Part shown: piece after piece, positions 1 to 14,861 of the stretch
Layout of the letters: each line of letters begins with the position of its first letter
How positions within the stretch are numbered: position 1 is the first letter of the stretch
Source: Eledone cirrhosa
Taxonomy: Eukaryota
NCBI GenBank assembly: GCA_964016885.1
Contig: OZ024742.1
Location: 130,696,001-130,760,000, forward strand
Direction: 5' to 3'
Length of the DNA stretch: 64,000 nt
Made by a program: the position numbers and the translations under genes
The notes under the pieces: model-generated
What the model saw: the letters and a program-made list of their open reading frames with translations, nothing else
The model's database searches: none
Told to the model about the DNA's origin: nothing

Positions 1-334
1 CAGTTAAAATCCTGTGGATGGTGCTTCGGGAAACCTCAGGAACCAAAATGCAGAGAGCATCCAGAGTGATCCGCCGATCTTTACACATGTTTTCCTCGGA
101 AGGAGACCTTACTTTTGGGATTGACCTTGTATATAATAACTGCGCGAAATTCGCACTTGGCGGTAGTGTTCAATGGGAGCTCCATTCTCAACGGTTGCCA
201 AGCCAAGATTGAGCATCCCAGCGAAGCGCGCGCATGCTTGTTTGGGAGTGAAGGAAGCACCAATCACAACAGTGTTGCCAACAGCCGTACGAACAGTTTC
301 TCTGCGTCCCCATCGCTTTGGAGACCTTACTTTT

Positions 335-339
<5 letters not shown>
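1..339 (-). mobile_element. Tc1/mariner DNA transposon remnant (5' end, rearranged)
   Basis: Minus-strand translation gives MELPLNTTAKCEFRAVII (ATG at 185) and SEENMCKDRRITLDALCILVPEVSRSTIHRILT (1-100), resembling mariner N-terminal HTH segments. TIR-like ggagaccttacttttgggat occurs at 102-121 (extending to ttgaccttgTA) and at 320-339. Confidence 0.75.

Positions 340-396
<57 letters not shown>
339..396. repeat. (TA)n microsatellite
   Basis: Direct reading. Confidence 0.95.
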
Positions 397-397
<1 letters not shown>

Positions 398-1515
398 TTG
401 TATTAACACACACACACATATATATAATATATTTATGTTAAACATAACTTCAAGTTTCATGTGACAGCAATCGCCAGGCGATAACTAGACGTTTCTCTAT
501 TTTTAAGCCCTTGAGTGTGAAACTCCTCTTTTGTTTATGTCTCCTGTTTTATTGATTTGCCTCTGGTTTTCTTATTATCTTGTTTTTATTTGTGTTGTTT
601 GTGGCCGTTTATTTCATTCGTTGGTTTCTGATGTTGCTATATATTTTCAAGGATATTCTTTTAGCTTTTAGCTATTGGCTGTTTATATTTTATTTTTTAT
701 AAATCTATTTATAAACACACACAAAATCCCAAACAAAACAAAATAATTATTTCTTGTTTTAGTTCCAAAAGAGAATGTTTTCGTCGTCTTCCTTTTAATG
801 AAATGATTATATGCTGACTTTGCATTAGAAAAGGGTTTTTATCTTCGATTCATTGAACACATTTCCCGTTTTTCAAACCCACTGTGTTCTAGTTGTTCAT
901 TAACTTTGTATATGGTTTTCTAATTTGTTGATCGAAAGGCTTACTTCTTCGGTTCGTTGGTCATACATCATGCTTTTGTGATAAAGGGGTAATTTGATTT
1001 ATAATGGGTTAGTGGTTTTTCATTTTGGTCTATCGGTTACGTATGCAATTTTGTTATATGTATATACAGAAGTATTTATAGTTCTACATGCGTGTGTATA
1101 GTTTCTATATATGTGTAATTTGCCCATATAGTTTAAATTGGCTGTTTTTGGATTCAAATACTCAAAGTGTTTGTATGCATGTGTGCACGGCTATTTATTA
1201 TGTGCCTAATGGTTTTCAACGCTTCGTAGTCAGAGTTTGCTATACTCAATGCTTTTTGGGGGTTAGGTGGGAGTTGGTAATTCTACTTGACTGTCAGAAT
1301 TGACACCTTCGTATTTCACACTGTTGTTACCACATTATTGGTTGTCCAGGTTGTTGGTTGTTCAGACCAATGTCTGAAGATGGATATAGTTAGATGTCTG
1401 CAACATAATATGTTCTCATTTCTCATATTTTTTAAGTGTATACGCTATCTAAATATTTTTTCTTGCGTAACACTGTGAAGTATTTATGTAAAGAGTCATG
1501 CAGAGTATTATTTCT

Positions 1516-1658
1516 AGCATAGTTACGTTCCTTTACGGTCTGAGTTCATATCCCGTCGAGGTTAACTTTGCCTTTTATCCTTACGGGGTCGATAAAATAA
1601 AGTACCAGTAATGTACTGAATAATTGCTGGTCTTGTGCCAAAAGTAGAAACAATTATT
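1516..1658 (+). mobile_element. tRNA-derived SINE family A, 5'-truncated
   Basis: Matches the window consensus gagttcaaatcccgccgaggttaactttgcctttcatccttacggggtcgataaaataaagtaccag...gtagaaacaattatt. Confidence 0.85.
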
Positions 1659-2218
1659 TCTCATTTTATGGTTGTGTTATTATTTATGAAAAATACCAAT
1701 TGTTAAAGATTTAGAATGGGTTTGTGTGTTTTGTATATCTATCTTTGAAAGTTCCGTTGGTTGCACCAATGGAGCCTTTTCAATTTGTTCCGCCTGTGAT
1801 ACTGTTGCATGTATTTTCCGTTGCATGTTGTGTCTTTTCAGATATATTATTGTTTAAGGTTTTTATGATATGCTTTCTGTTTTCTGTGTAGCTGCAGCTA
1901 ACATGTTGTTCGTACTGAATTGCTTGAGGTGCATACGACGACCGAGAAGTGTTTAGTGATTAGTGATAGGAACGTTTGCATCACGTTTATTGCTACATTT
2001 AGGCTAAAGAGTAGATTAAATCAGGTAATGTTTCGTTTTCTGAATTTCTTTTATTTGCTGTTAACTTGGTATGTATGGTCATTTTTCTTAGCATCTGCTC
2101 GCTATTAAGGTTTCATTTATTAATATCTTTTATTGGACGATTTAGGAAGATTCTCTGTTCCCTGTTTGTAAGTCCTTAATAATTGAGAATAGTTGACAGG
2201 AATCTCTCTCTCTCTCTA

Positions 2219-2470
2219 CATACCTACCTACCTAACCATCTACGTACGTACGTAACTTCCTACCTACCTACCTACCTACCTACCTACCTACCTACCTACC
2301 TACCTACCTACCTACCTACCTACCTACCTACCTACCTACCTACCTACCTACCTACCTATCTACCTACCTACCTACCTACCTACCTACCTACCTACCTACC
2401 TACCTACCTACCTACCTACCTACCTACCTACCTACCTACCTACCTACCTACCTATCTATCTACCTATCTA
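2219..2470. repeat. (CTAC)n microsatellite
   Basis: Direct reading; source of the YLPT ORF artefact. Confidence 0.95.
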
Positions 2471-3039
2471 TGTGTCAGATAATGAGTATATTTTTATCTA
2501 CATCTCCATCATTGTATTCATGATGATAAATGATATTCCTGTCACACTCTCCCTTTCACCGCTCCCCCTCCTCTCCCTTCTCCTCACCCGCCTCCTCTTC
2601 TCAATAAAATCATGGTAAACATCCATCTTGAATGATGATATACTGTTGCCATCGCATTATTCACCTCCTTAGCACACCATTTGGATTTTTCCTTCTATAC
2701 CCTACAAGTCCCTAAATCCCCTCATATTATCCTCCTCACCCCACCACCATTAATAGTACAGCCAATTCAATATTTTCCAATCATTCGTCTCCTCGTACGA
2801 TGTTTGAATTTAAGTATATGTATGTATATTTGTAAGATTGTACGTATGCCTCTATATGCGTCTCTCTCTCCTCCCCCTCTTCTTCTCTCCTCTCCCCCTC
2901 TCTCTATCTCTCTCTCTATATATACATATATATATACATATATATACATATATATACATATATATACATACAGACACATATATATATATACGTGTGAGTG
3001 TGCCTGTCTCTATATATGTACACACATATATTCATTCCT

Positions 3040-3070
<31 letters not shown>

Positions 3071-3102
3071 TTCCTCGTCTACCACGTCACATTCTAAACA
3101 GT

Positions 3103-3195
<93 letters not shown>

Positions 3196-3253
3196 ACACA
3201 CATATATATATATATATATTAATTCTAATTCGAAGGAGTAATATATATATATA

Positions 3254-3337
<84 letters not shown>

Positions 3338-3869
3338 TATATATATATATATAATATATATATATATAAATATATATATAAATATATATAGATATATTAC
3401 TCCTTCGAATTCGATATTTCTATCTAAGTAGTGTCTCATCACGTTTACAATAAGTAATATGATATCATAAACACAATACTACAATTATAACATCACCAAT
3501 ATAATATAGATATCAGAATATAGCGAATGCCAGAGAGTATATCGCTAATGCGATATAATTAATACCATATTTCTGATACAATACTGGCAATATGATATTT
3601 GTCCATCAACTTAGGAAGAAGGACGAAGAATGATCATTATAAATCTTGTTAAAGAAATCACTTTCTTATTGATGACTTCTTTCAATATATATATCTCCAT
3701 CACTTTAATTTTCGTTTTTTTCTCTTTTTTTTTTTTTTTTTTTACGATTCTTACATTATGTGTTTGTTACTACTGCTATCGGAGCATTAGCCATTAGTAC
3801 TAGTAGTATTAGTAGCTTTATTATTATTTCTTTATATTTTTATATTTTTTCATTGTTAATTCTTTACTC

Positions 3870-3948
3870 AATCTTGTTGTAAGCCCCCCTCCCACTGTCT
3901 GTGTCTTTGTATTGTCCCCTATATGTCGGCCCTTGTGTCCAATAAATG

Positions 3949-3988
<40 letters not shown>

Positions 3989-3990
3989 TA
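3870..3990 (+). mobile_element. 3' terminus of the Tx1-like LINE family, with (ATC)n tail
   Basis: gcccttgtgtccaataaatgaa followed by (ATC)n; same terminal motif as the LINE ends at 34235, 35489 and 36451. Confidence 0.65.
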
Positions 3991-4003
3991 TTATTATTAT
4001 CAA

Positions 4004-4113
4004 AGTTCAAATCCCACCGAAGTTAACTTTGCCTTTCATCCTTACGGGGTCGATAAAATGAAGTACCAGAAATGTACTGGGTAATTGCTGGCCTTGTGCC
4101 AAAAGTAGAAACA

Positions 4114-4165
<52 letters not shown>
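4004..4165 (+). mobile_element. SINE family A, 5'-truncated, with (ATT)n tail
   Basis: B-box gttcaaatc, family body and ATT tail. Confidence 0.85.
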
Positions 4166-4167
<2 letters not shown>

Positions 4168-4417
4168 AGTTGTAGTAGTAGCAGTAGTAGTGATAAAAAG
4201 GAAAGGAAAGGAGCCGATCATCAGATCGGACTAATGAAATATTGTTTCCCTTGGTCGTTCAATTGGTGATACTCTCTGCCAGTCGTAACTCTTGGCAGAA
4301 GAAGCAACGTGAAACAAAATACTGGCTCGATTTAATGGATTCCCCGCAAATTTCTGGATGTGTGCCTAAATTAGAAACAACAAAATCAACAACAGTAACA
4401 AAAACAAAAATAAGAAT

Positions 4418-4600
4418 ATTTGTTTCTACTTTTAGCACAAGGCCAGCAATTTGGAGAGATTTGGGAAAGTCGATTAAATCCACCCCAGTGCACTACTGGT
4501 ACTTTACTTTATCGACTCGGTAAGGATGAAAAGCAAAGCTAACCTAGGTAGGATTTGATTTCCGAATGTAAAGGGTCGTTACTATATACTGGAAATAGAT
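4418..4600 (-). mobile_element. SINE family A, diverged copy
   Basis: Reverse-complement similarity to the family A consensus. Confidence 0.7.
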
Positions 4601-4625
4601 GCTGGATCTCTGCAATGCACAGCGG

Positions 4626-6250
4626 CATTTGATCGGTGGTCAGAATAAATGCCCACCTATCCGCCAAGGATGCCCTCTCTTTTCTCTTCTGTATATATTG
4701 ACTCTAGAACTATCACTGCAGAAACTGGAGCTGTGGTAGGGCACCCTGCTTGAAACGAGAGGTGGAAAGGTGGTATGCGTGATGGTGCTGAACACTTTGG
4801 AGATCGAGGTGGTCGGCAACTTCTTAGAGGAATATGAAAGTTTGACGGGAGTAAAAATCAACCCGGATAAGTCGGTGGGTTTCTAGTTTGGATTCTGGAG
4901 AAGCATATTCATGCCGTTCAACAACGCTCGACAGCACTGTTGAACGGCATAGATGTGCTTTTCCAGGTTCCGAGCTGCAAACCCACCGGACAAGTCAGGT
5001 GCTGAGAATCTGCTTCGGTCCGGACCTCCGGGTAGATACGAACTGGGACGACGTAACGAGCAGGGTGGTCACTTAACGTGTTTATCGCATCCGTTATCTA
5101 TTACTGAATGACCGTCGTGCGTTGCCCCCGGTTGGCGCCCTTCACTTCTTGTGGAAAGGGTAGGTTTCACTGGGGATGTGGTCCCTCTGCTGCCAACACA
5201 CTTTACGTGTCAGAGTGGGTGTGATGATATCCATACCGTGGTTGATGATGCTGAAACACGCACCGTGGCTACGTCATTTTCAGATATTCCTAAATTGTGA
5301 AGAGGTGTGGTCACAATTTGTGAGACATCTTTCCGCAACTCATCTCTTCGACTGAGCTGCAGACCTTGGTCAAGCGAAGACCGAGACTAGGTGCTTGGCA
5401 TCTGGATTGTTGTGAGGCACTCATAGGCTTCTACCAATCGGGCAATGGCGTTTAGTGGAAATTTCACTCTAGCGTTCTATAGAGGACTAGTGGTGGGCAG
5501 GCGCGACGACGTTTTCGGAGAAACTGTGGGCATCGATGAAATCGAATTATCCAGTCCGTTCCGGTGAATTTTTCAGTCAGAGACTATGGACAATTTCCAG
5601 AAATCCCTAGCTTGGCAGTGCTACTGGGCTGTACAGCCGATTCGAGAAAATCTACAGGCACGGAAATGCGATCAGATGGACCTGTCGGAGATGCGCGCAG
5701 AGCGATGAAATCTCTCTGCACGCACTAGTTCAGTGTTCGAGCATTGTTAGCTTATGGAGTTTTGTCGAACAGCTATTATCGTGTGTAGAACAGATCCGGC
5801 TATCGACTTACACCATAATGAAGAACGCCCCATCGCCTTCTTTTGGCTGGAAATGGCAAGCAGTTTTCCCCTGTCTAGTAGCTGTAGAGAAAGAGATTGT
5901 ATGGTGGACACAGCCAAGCCCTCTCAATCTTTTCAACTTCCACATGGAAAATAAAGAGCTGATCTCAGTTCATTTGTTAAAAAGGTTGGTGAATGTAGCG
6001 AGGATAACCCGAGTAGATGAGCCAACTCTGATCCTGCACTTGGTTAGTCTGGTTTAGAATCTGTGAGGTTTCTAATCTACCCCTGGGTAGTATTCCCTCT
6101 ATTGGGGAATTTTATTGTTATTAATTTGTTGTTAATTGTTACTTGGGATGTGTTTTTTACATCTTTTATGTAAATTCACACGGTCCCTGTTTTTGTATTG
6201 TCCTTTATACTTTGGCCCTAGAGGCCAATAAAGAAAGAATTCTTCTTCTA
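4626..6250 (+). mobile_element. Old, degraded L1/Tx1-like LINE (RT C-terminal half and 3' UTR)
   Basis: Colinear with 32460-34260: RQGCPL, FGPDLRV, MDNFQKSLAWQCY and KEIVWWT motifs, with many stops and frameshifts. Ends ggccctagaggccaataaagaaa followed by short TTC repeats. Confidence 0.85.
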
Positions 6251-6913
6251 AATACAGCTCCTAATTTTGTTTTCATTTTTGAAATAGTTTTCGATGTCGT
6301 CGTTGTCGCCGTCGTCTTCGTCATCGTCTTCGCCGTCTTCGTCATCATCCTTGTTGTTGTTGTTCTTGTTGTTGTTGTCGTCGTCCTCTTAGTGACTGTT
6401 GACGTCAACACAGTTGTTTTTCTTGTTCCTTTTGTTCAATTATTAAAAGACTACGAGATACATTTCGTTATGAGATTGACTACATACTAATATCGAAGAT
6501 TCAAATTTCATGTATAGCCCGGATGTTTTGTGTATTCATCATGATGTGGTTACTTTGTGTTTGCATTGTCCACCAGGTGTGCCGCCATCAGAAATGACGC
6601 CTTTTGTTAAAATGGCGGATTTGCTTCCTATTTCGTCTTATTTACTCTTAACGGATAATATTTCTCGTGAGTGCCTACTGATGTAAAACGAAATCACAAT
6701 GACGAGTGTATATAATAGATAAAAATGAGCCAAAGAAGAAAAAAAAGACATCTCTTTCGCTCACACACACACAGAAACACAGACACAGACAGACAGACAC
6801 GCAAACACACACGCGTACACACATATGCATACAAAAAGCATACATTACTCACGCGCATACATATCAAGAAGCGAAACAATAATACATACACACACACACG
6901 CACATATATATAG

Positions 6914-8070
<1,157 letters not shown>

Positions 8071-8294
8071 TATATTTATATTTATGGACAAAACATATAT
8101 ATATCACAGCCTTATACACCCGTGTATATTTACATGTTTATGTATGTATGTATGTATGTATGTATGTATGTATGTATGTATTCATGCATGTATGTATATA
8201 TATATATATATACATACATATATATAAATAGGTACATAGGTATGTTATCTATATGTGGTAATGTACGCTTTTTAAATCTTTCTTTTTCTCTTAT

Positions 8295-8371
<77 letters not shown>

Positions 8372-8547
8372 CACACATGCACACACAAACGCACATATAT
8401 ATGGATGTAGACGTATCAAAACATGTACATTAAGCTCACATACATAACAATAATATTTCTATGCACCCTCATATATAAATGACATTCCATATATGTAGGT
8501 AAAACCAACAAAAAGAGCAGCAAAAGAAAACACTACCACACATACAC

Positions 8548-9096
8548 ACATGTAAAAATGTGTATATACACTATAGAAATGTGTATACACATATAGAAAT
8601 GTATATACACATATAAAATGTGTATACACATATAAAAAATGTGTATACACATATAGAAATGTGTATACACATATAAAATAGAAATGTGTATACACATACA
8701 TATAGAAATGTGTATACACATGTAAAAATGTGTACACACATAGAAATGTGTATACACATATAAAAATGTGTATACACATATAAAAATGTGTATACACATA
8801 TAAAAATGTGTATACACATATAGAAATGTGTATACACATATAAAAATGTGTATACACATATAAAAATGTGTATACACATATAGAAATGTGTATACACATA
8901 TAAAAATGTGTATACACATATAAAAATGTGTATACACATATAGAAATGTGTATACACATATAAAAATGTGTATACACATATAGAAATGTGTATACACATA
9001 TAAAAATGTGTATACACATATAAAAATGTGTATACACATATAGAAATGTGTATACACATATAAAAATGTGTATACACATATAGAAATGTGTATACA
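8548..9096. repeat. 20-bp minisatellite (ATA[A/G]AAATGTGTATACACAT), ~27 copies
   Basis: Period of 20 visible directly. Confidence 0.95.
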
Positions 9097-9110
9097 ACCC
9101 CCAAAGGAAA

Positions 9111-9709
9111 TAATGGTTTCTTATATAGGCACAAGGCTAGCATATTTGGGGGGAAGGGAAGTTGATTGAATCGACCCCAGAGCGTGACTGGTACAAGGCC
9201 AACAATTATCTCAGTGCATTACTGGTACTTATTTTATCGACATCGTAAGGATGAAAGGCAAAGCTAGCCTCGGCGGGATTTGATCTCAGATCATAAAGGG
9301 CCATAACTCTATGCTACAAAAAAATGGCGTCCGACCCTAATCAATGATATTCTCATTTTCGTTAATGTGTAACTTTATCATATTATTATTACGAATCCCG
9401 CCGAGGTTAACTTTGCCTTTCATCCTTACGGGGTCGATAAAATAAAGTACCAGTAATACACTGGATAATTGCTGGTCTTGTGCCTAAAGTAGAAACAATT
9501 ATTACGAACAACAGAGCGGTGAATTGGCAGTATCGGTAGAGAGTCGGACGCCATGCTTTGACGCATAGAGTTACGGCCCTTGCCATTCTGAGTTCAAATC
9601 CCGCCGAGGCTAACTATGCCTTTCATCCTTACGGGGTCGATAAAATAAAGTACCAGTAATGTACTGGGTATTTGCTGGCCTTGTGCCAATAGTAGAAACA
9701 ATTATTATT
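9111..9709. mobile_element. Cluster of SINE family A copies (9111-9335 minus; 9394-9503 plus; 9515-9709 plus, full length)
   Basis: The full copy has an A-box-like tggcagtatcgg and a B-box gttcaaatc. Confidence 0.85.
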
Positions 9710-10063
9710 ACGAACAACATCCCCTTTCTCCGCATCTTGCCTCTCCCTTCCTTCTCATCACAACACTCATATGTATTCATTCCATCCATTCATGGGTTCT
9801 TAACTGACGTTGGAGTGGTAGGGGTGCCGCCGTTGTTATATACAGCTGCCTTGGCCATGTAAACCTGTAAGGAACCCATTTCTCATTAGGTCAACACACA
9901 GCAGATTTCTTCTTAGGAAATAGTGAGTGTGTGTGAGAGAGAGGAAGGGAGAGGAGAGAATGGGGAAGAGAAAGGGAGATAGAGAGAGCGAGAGTGATGG
10001 TGAGAGAGAGAGAGAGAGAAAGAGAGAAGAGAGAGAGAGAGAGACAGAGAGAGAAGAGAGAGA

Positions 10064-10101
<38 letters not shown>

Positions 10102-10598
10102 TAAACGGAATAGAAAATGCTGACAAATTGTTCACAGTTGAAAAATGGTTTAATTAGGAATAAAAGAGTATTAGTGATTGTATGAGTTAGTATTCAGTTG
10201 TGGTTTTAAGTTTTTAAGTTTTTACCGGTTGCGCATTTCTAAATGCTTTTCAAAAATAATTTTGAGATAGAGTGTCCGTGCTGTTTGCTCTGATCTGATT
10301 AGTTTTGGGAATTCTACCTGTTTTTATGTTAAAAAAGAGGCTCCAGCGTTATTTTTGTGTTGCAAAAATGCTTGTGGTCAAAACAATTTTGATTGGTCGG
10401 TAGAGGTCATGTGAATGTAAAAAGTTGATTTTGCGCCAAGACTGTTTTTATGTTAAAATGTTAAAAAAGTGGCTCCAGCAAAAATTATTGGTCAAAACAA
10501 TTTTGATTGGTCGGTAGAGGTCATGTGGATAAAAAATTTGTTTTGCGCCAAGATTGAGAAATGACTCTTTCACAACAAATATGTGTGTGTGTGTGTGT

Positions 10599-10673
<75 letters not shown>

Positions 10674-10759
10674 TGTGTGTGTGTGTAGTAGTAGTAGTAA
10701 GGTGTTCGATGCTGCGACAATGGCCAGCAGCGATGTGTGTCAAATGGCTATTAAGATAA

Positions 10760-10797
<38 letters not shown>

Positions 10798-10864
10798 GTT
10801 ATACTTGGGGAGCGTCATATTGTCGTCATATTGCACAATATAACATTATTAATAATTATTATGA

Positions 10865-11070
10865 GGGTGGTGGATTGGCAGTATCAGTAGAGGGTCGGAC
10901 ACCATGCTTTGACGCATAGAGTTACGGCCCTTGCCATTCTGAGTTCAAATCCCGCCGAGGTTAACTTTGCCTTTCATCCTTACGGGGTCGATAAAATAAA
11001 GTACCAGTAATACACTGGGTATTTGCTGGCCTTGTGCCAAAAGTAGAAACAATTATTAATAATTATTAAT
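10865..11070 (+). mobile_element. SINE family A, full length
   Basis: tRNA-like A and B boxes, central gcctttcatccttacggggtcgataaaataaagtacc domain (resembles Meta/MESC-type SINE cores) and an ATT tail. Confidence 0.9.
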
Positions 11071-11865
11071 TAATGCTATCGTGTAATACCTGTGCGTGAA
11101 TATTTTTTTTAAAGTGAGGAAAGACTGTGCACTGAGCTAATCCCACTCTCTGAGCGACAGTAGCTATAACCCGAAAAGAAGAAAAGATCAACATCGGTCA
11201 TTACTGAGCCGCAGGTTTTATATCGGCGTTATCCCAGTTTCCTGAGTTGGCTTCTAGAAGAATACCCTGAAAAAGGCTAGGGCTCGATTGGGTATCCAGC
11301 CCGACTATTTCTATGTCTCTGCGCATATACATACACATGCACACATGCATATACATATACATACATATGTACATGTGTATATACATATTTACACATACAT
11401 ACACACATACATATATACATGGTGGCTGCCAACTCGTTTTCGAGTACGGTCACTACTTTATATCCATGTAGGAGAACCCCTACCGATGCGCTGAACGAGT
11501 GTGACTTTTTAGTCCAGCCAGCGACTTGAAAACTCTGGTACAAACACTACACTTGTGACAATTATTGACACATAGTGCTGGGCCCATGGTACCATGTAAC
11601 GACAAGTGCAGAGAGATCTCCAGATATAAAGCAATGCCTGTGCCGTGAAGCTTTTATAGTGAGCAAAGGCACTGCACAAAGCCAGTCCCACTCTCTTAAC
11701 CAAGATGATATTTACCAAAAAGAAGAACAAGTCAACATCATTGGATACCATCAGGGTTGCAGGTGTTATATCAGAGTTTTCCTTCTCCTAGAATTCTGCT
11801 TTGACAAAGGCTAAGGGGTCATCTCTCACGCATACATATATACATACATACATACATACATACAT

Positions 11866-11934
<69 letters not shown>

Positions 11935-12011
11935 CATACATACATATACATACATATATACACACACACATACCTACATACATACATACCTACATACATA
12001 CATACATACAT

Positions 12012-12582
12012 ACCCAGCAACCCTGGGCAGGTCATGTCTCGGTGGAGGTGTAAAAGCTACACTCACTATCTTCAATTCGTTATTCAGCCAGCACTTACCC
12101 ATGGTCATGAATCTGAGGTAATGACCGAAAGAATAGGATCGCGAATACAAACGATCGAAATGGGGTTCCTCGGAAGGGTCTTTGGAGTAACGTTACTCGA
12201 TAAAGTGCGTAGCTCGGAGATCAGAATGTCACTCCAGGTAGAGCCGCTACTTTTCCGAATTGAGAGATCACAGCTCCGATACTCTGGGCATATGGTTAGA
12301 ATGTCTCAGGAAAGAATCGCTGGACAGATTTTACGGGCAAAACCAACCAGCAGAAGACCCAGGGGTACACCCCGAGCAAGATGGTTGGATAACATCCATG
12401 AGCTTAGCTGGTATCCCTTGGGGATCCAGCCAAATCAGTTGGAGACGGTTTCGCCTGACAGGACTCGCTAGAAGGAGTGTTTGAGCACTCTGTCCCCAAG
12501 ACTCTCTCAGGAATAGGTGGGCGAAGAATAAGAAAAAGAAAAAAGAAAAAGAAGAAAAAGAAGAAAAGGAAGAAAAGAAGAA
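12012..12582 (+). mobile_element. RTE-clade LINE 3' fragment
   Basis: ORF 12034-12471 reads ...RIQTIEMGFLGRVFGVTLLDKVRSSEIR...RSQLRYSGHMVRM...RRPRGTPRARWLD, typical of the RTE RT C-terminus; GAA-rich tail. Confidence 0.9.
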
Positions 12583-12704
12583 ATGTATGTCTGTACACAT
12601 CAAAATAGATACTACTAAAGATAGATCCATTTACTGTGATGTTAACCGTATTAGTCCCGTGGGTCGTTAAATGATAGAAGTTGATTTTTCCATCAATATA
12701 CTTG

Positions 12705-12842
<138 letters not shown>

Positions 12843-13324
12843 TATATAGCTTGAATTTATAAACTGAGATAGCTATACCTCTCCCAACCCTTATACGAAC
12901 CAACCTCCTCCTCAATAACATAAGTACCAGTTTAGTTCTTCCTCTATATCTCTTTTTCACTTCCATTCTCCGAATTTTCATCCTTCTCTGCAAGAAATCT
13001 GCAGCATTCAGACCTGGAGAGGAGATGAGCTCCACCAGGTTTAAAAAATGCCCTAGAAACGCCGTATTTAAATACAGCACCCCTGTGACTCCCCCAAGAG
13101 TTACGAGATCATATATACACAGTCACACAAGTTGACGCAGACAAATATATGAATTGTTCCCCATATGAAACCATGGTATGGAGATCTATATATAAGCGAG
13201 TTTAGATAGAATATTCTTTTGGCTACTCTGTTTGTACCCCCATAAATAGCGTTTTTCTCACTTAATTTTAATATATGATATTACTTCTCTGAGAGATTCA
13301 TCTCATTGAGATGTTTAACCTTTA

Positions 13325-13358
<34 letters not shown>

Positions 13359-13489
13359 AAGGAAAACAGATGAAATCGAAAATGCAACTGAAGTCTTTTT
13401 TTAAAAATATATATTTATTTGGTTCCTTTACCGGTTTCGCAGTTCTTGTGCTTTTCAAAAGTAGAATTGAGATGGAGGGTTTGTGGTTT

Positions 13490-13553
<64 letters not shown>

Positions 13554-14240
13554 TAAAATAACAGATTAATGTTTAAAAAAGAGTCGCTGCTTTCACCCTT
13601 AACGGGATCTTCTGAAATTTTAATCTGTTATTTTAATAAAAATTTGCTCTAGGGTTCATATATATTTGATATATATTTATCCTTATCGAGCCCGCTTTGG
13701 ATTTTAGTCTTCATATTTATTATTATTACTATATATATATATATATAAATATAAATAAAAAAATTATTTTCTTCATTTTATTGCCTTATATTCTTTTATT
13801 TCTCCATTTTACTTTATCTTACTTCTTCATCTGTTTGGCACCCCCCACCACGGGAAATGGTGGCAGGATAGATGCCAACATACACACACAAATTCTTCTA
13901 AAAATAGCAGCAGCCGAACTAAAGCTGACCTGACTAATGATCTCCTAACACCAACACCACTACCAACACAAGGGAGGAGGTCAGCTGTACTTAACAAAAC
14001 AACCACAACAGATTGCCTTGCCTCAGAAAAATTTCCATAGACTTTTGACTGAGGAATGTTCTCACAACTGATCAATGGGAGGAGAGAGTGGCCTTTGGCG
14101 CCGAAATTTGTTTGTTCGAATTCATATGATTCCAGTTCCTCAGAGAAATAACAACCCAACCAGGAACTGGGCACATCGGAGTATTGACGGAGTTAAACAC
14201 TTCAACAACATGTGCACTTGTCTCTACCACACCAACTCGA

Positions 14241-14295
14241 ACTGCCTGAAGAGGTCACAGCCAATGATGGCTGTCACCGAAATATATATAGCAGT
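14241..14295 (+). ncRNA. Minimal type I hammerhead ribozyme (PLE-associated)
   Basis: Stem I ACUGC/GCAGU; core CUGAAGA; stem II GGUcACAGCCA-auga-UGGCUGUcACC; GAAA; palindromic stem III AUAUAUAU; predicted cleavage after AUA. Confidence 0.8.
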
Positions 14296-14525
14296 ACACC
14301 TTTAATAAACGAAGCCAAATTTTAAATATTTGACTTAATTATTTTATTTTACATTACTTCAGAGTAACCAAACCAGCCTGCGCACTTCGTCGAGTGCTCC
14401 AAACTGCATACTGAGGTGTCGGTAAACAACCAACATATACTCAAAATATATATATGTATATAGGTAGAACACTGGAAGGTAATATCCGTAGTGGTAGAGC
14501 ACTCAGTCAATGGGACGAGTTTGGT

Positions 14526-14737
14526 AGAAGTAGTAACACAACAATTAGTTCACCATACCGAGAACAATTGTTTCACCTTATGTGGATCTTCAGCTCGGAC
14601 TGGTCATGGTTATACGGAATAGGAAGTTCTGTTCCGCTTCCTGTTCCGTGTAACCATGACCAGTCCGAGCTGAAGATCCGCATAAGGTGAAACAATTATT
14701 CTCGGTATGGTGAACTAACTATTGTGTTACTACTTCT
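14526..14737. repeat. ~210-bp fold-back palindrome with a hammerhead motif in each arm
   Basis: Arms of ~100 bp are reverse complements. CCGAG-CUGAAGA...GAAA-CAAUU(G/A)UU-CUCGG occurs at 14558-14598 (minus) and 14665-14705 (plus). Confidence 0.85.
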
Positions 14738-14861
14738 CTCTCTCTCTATATATATATATAAGGTACAAAGCAAGTAAACTAATCAGGAGGAGAGAAAGGT
14801 GATTAGTTATGCAGATTACTAGCCAGTAGAGAGAACGTAAGTGTGCTCAATGCATTTTATA

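Noticed and set aside
440-2200. Highly decayed minus-strand Penelope-like ORF (a similar hint at 56700-57065)
   Set aside because: Only vague motif resemblance by eye; cannot be supported without a translated search.
6570-6620. CTCF-like (CCACCAGGTG) and paired YY1-like (CCGCCAT/ATGGCGG) motifs
   Set aside because: Short matches expected by chance in 64 kb, with no supporting context.
9515-9605. tRNA genes at SINE heads (also 23755-23815, 57416-57490 and 58775-58830)
   Set aside because: A/B boxes are present but there is no complete cloverleaf, and most continue into SINE body sequence.
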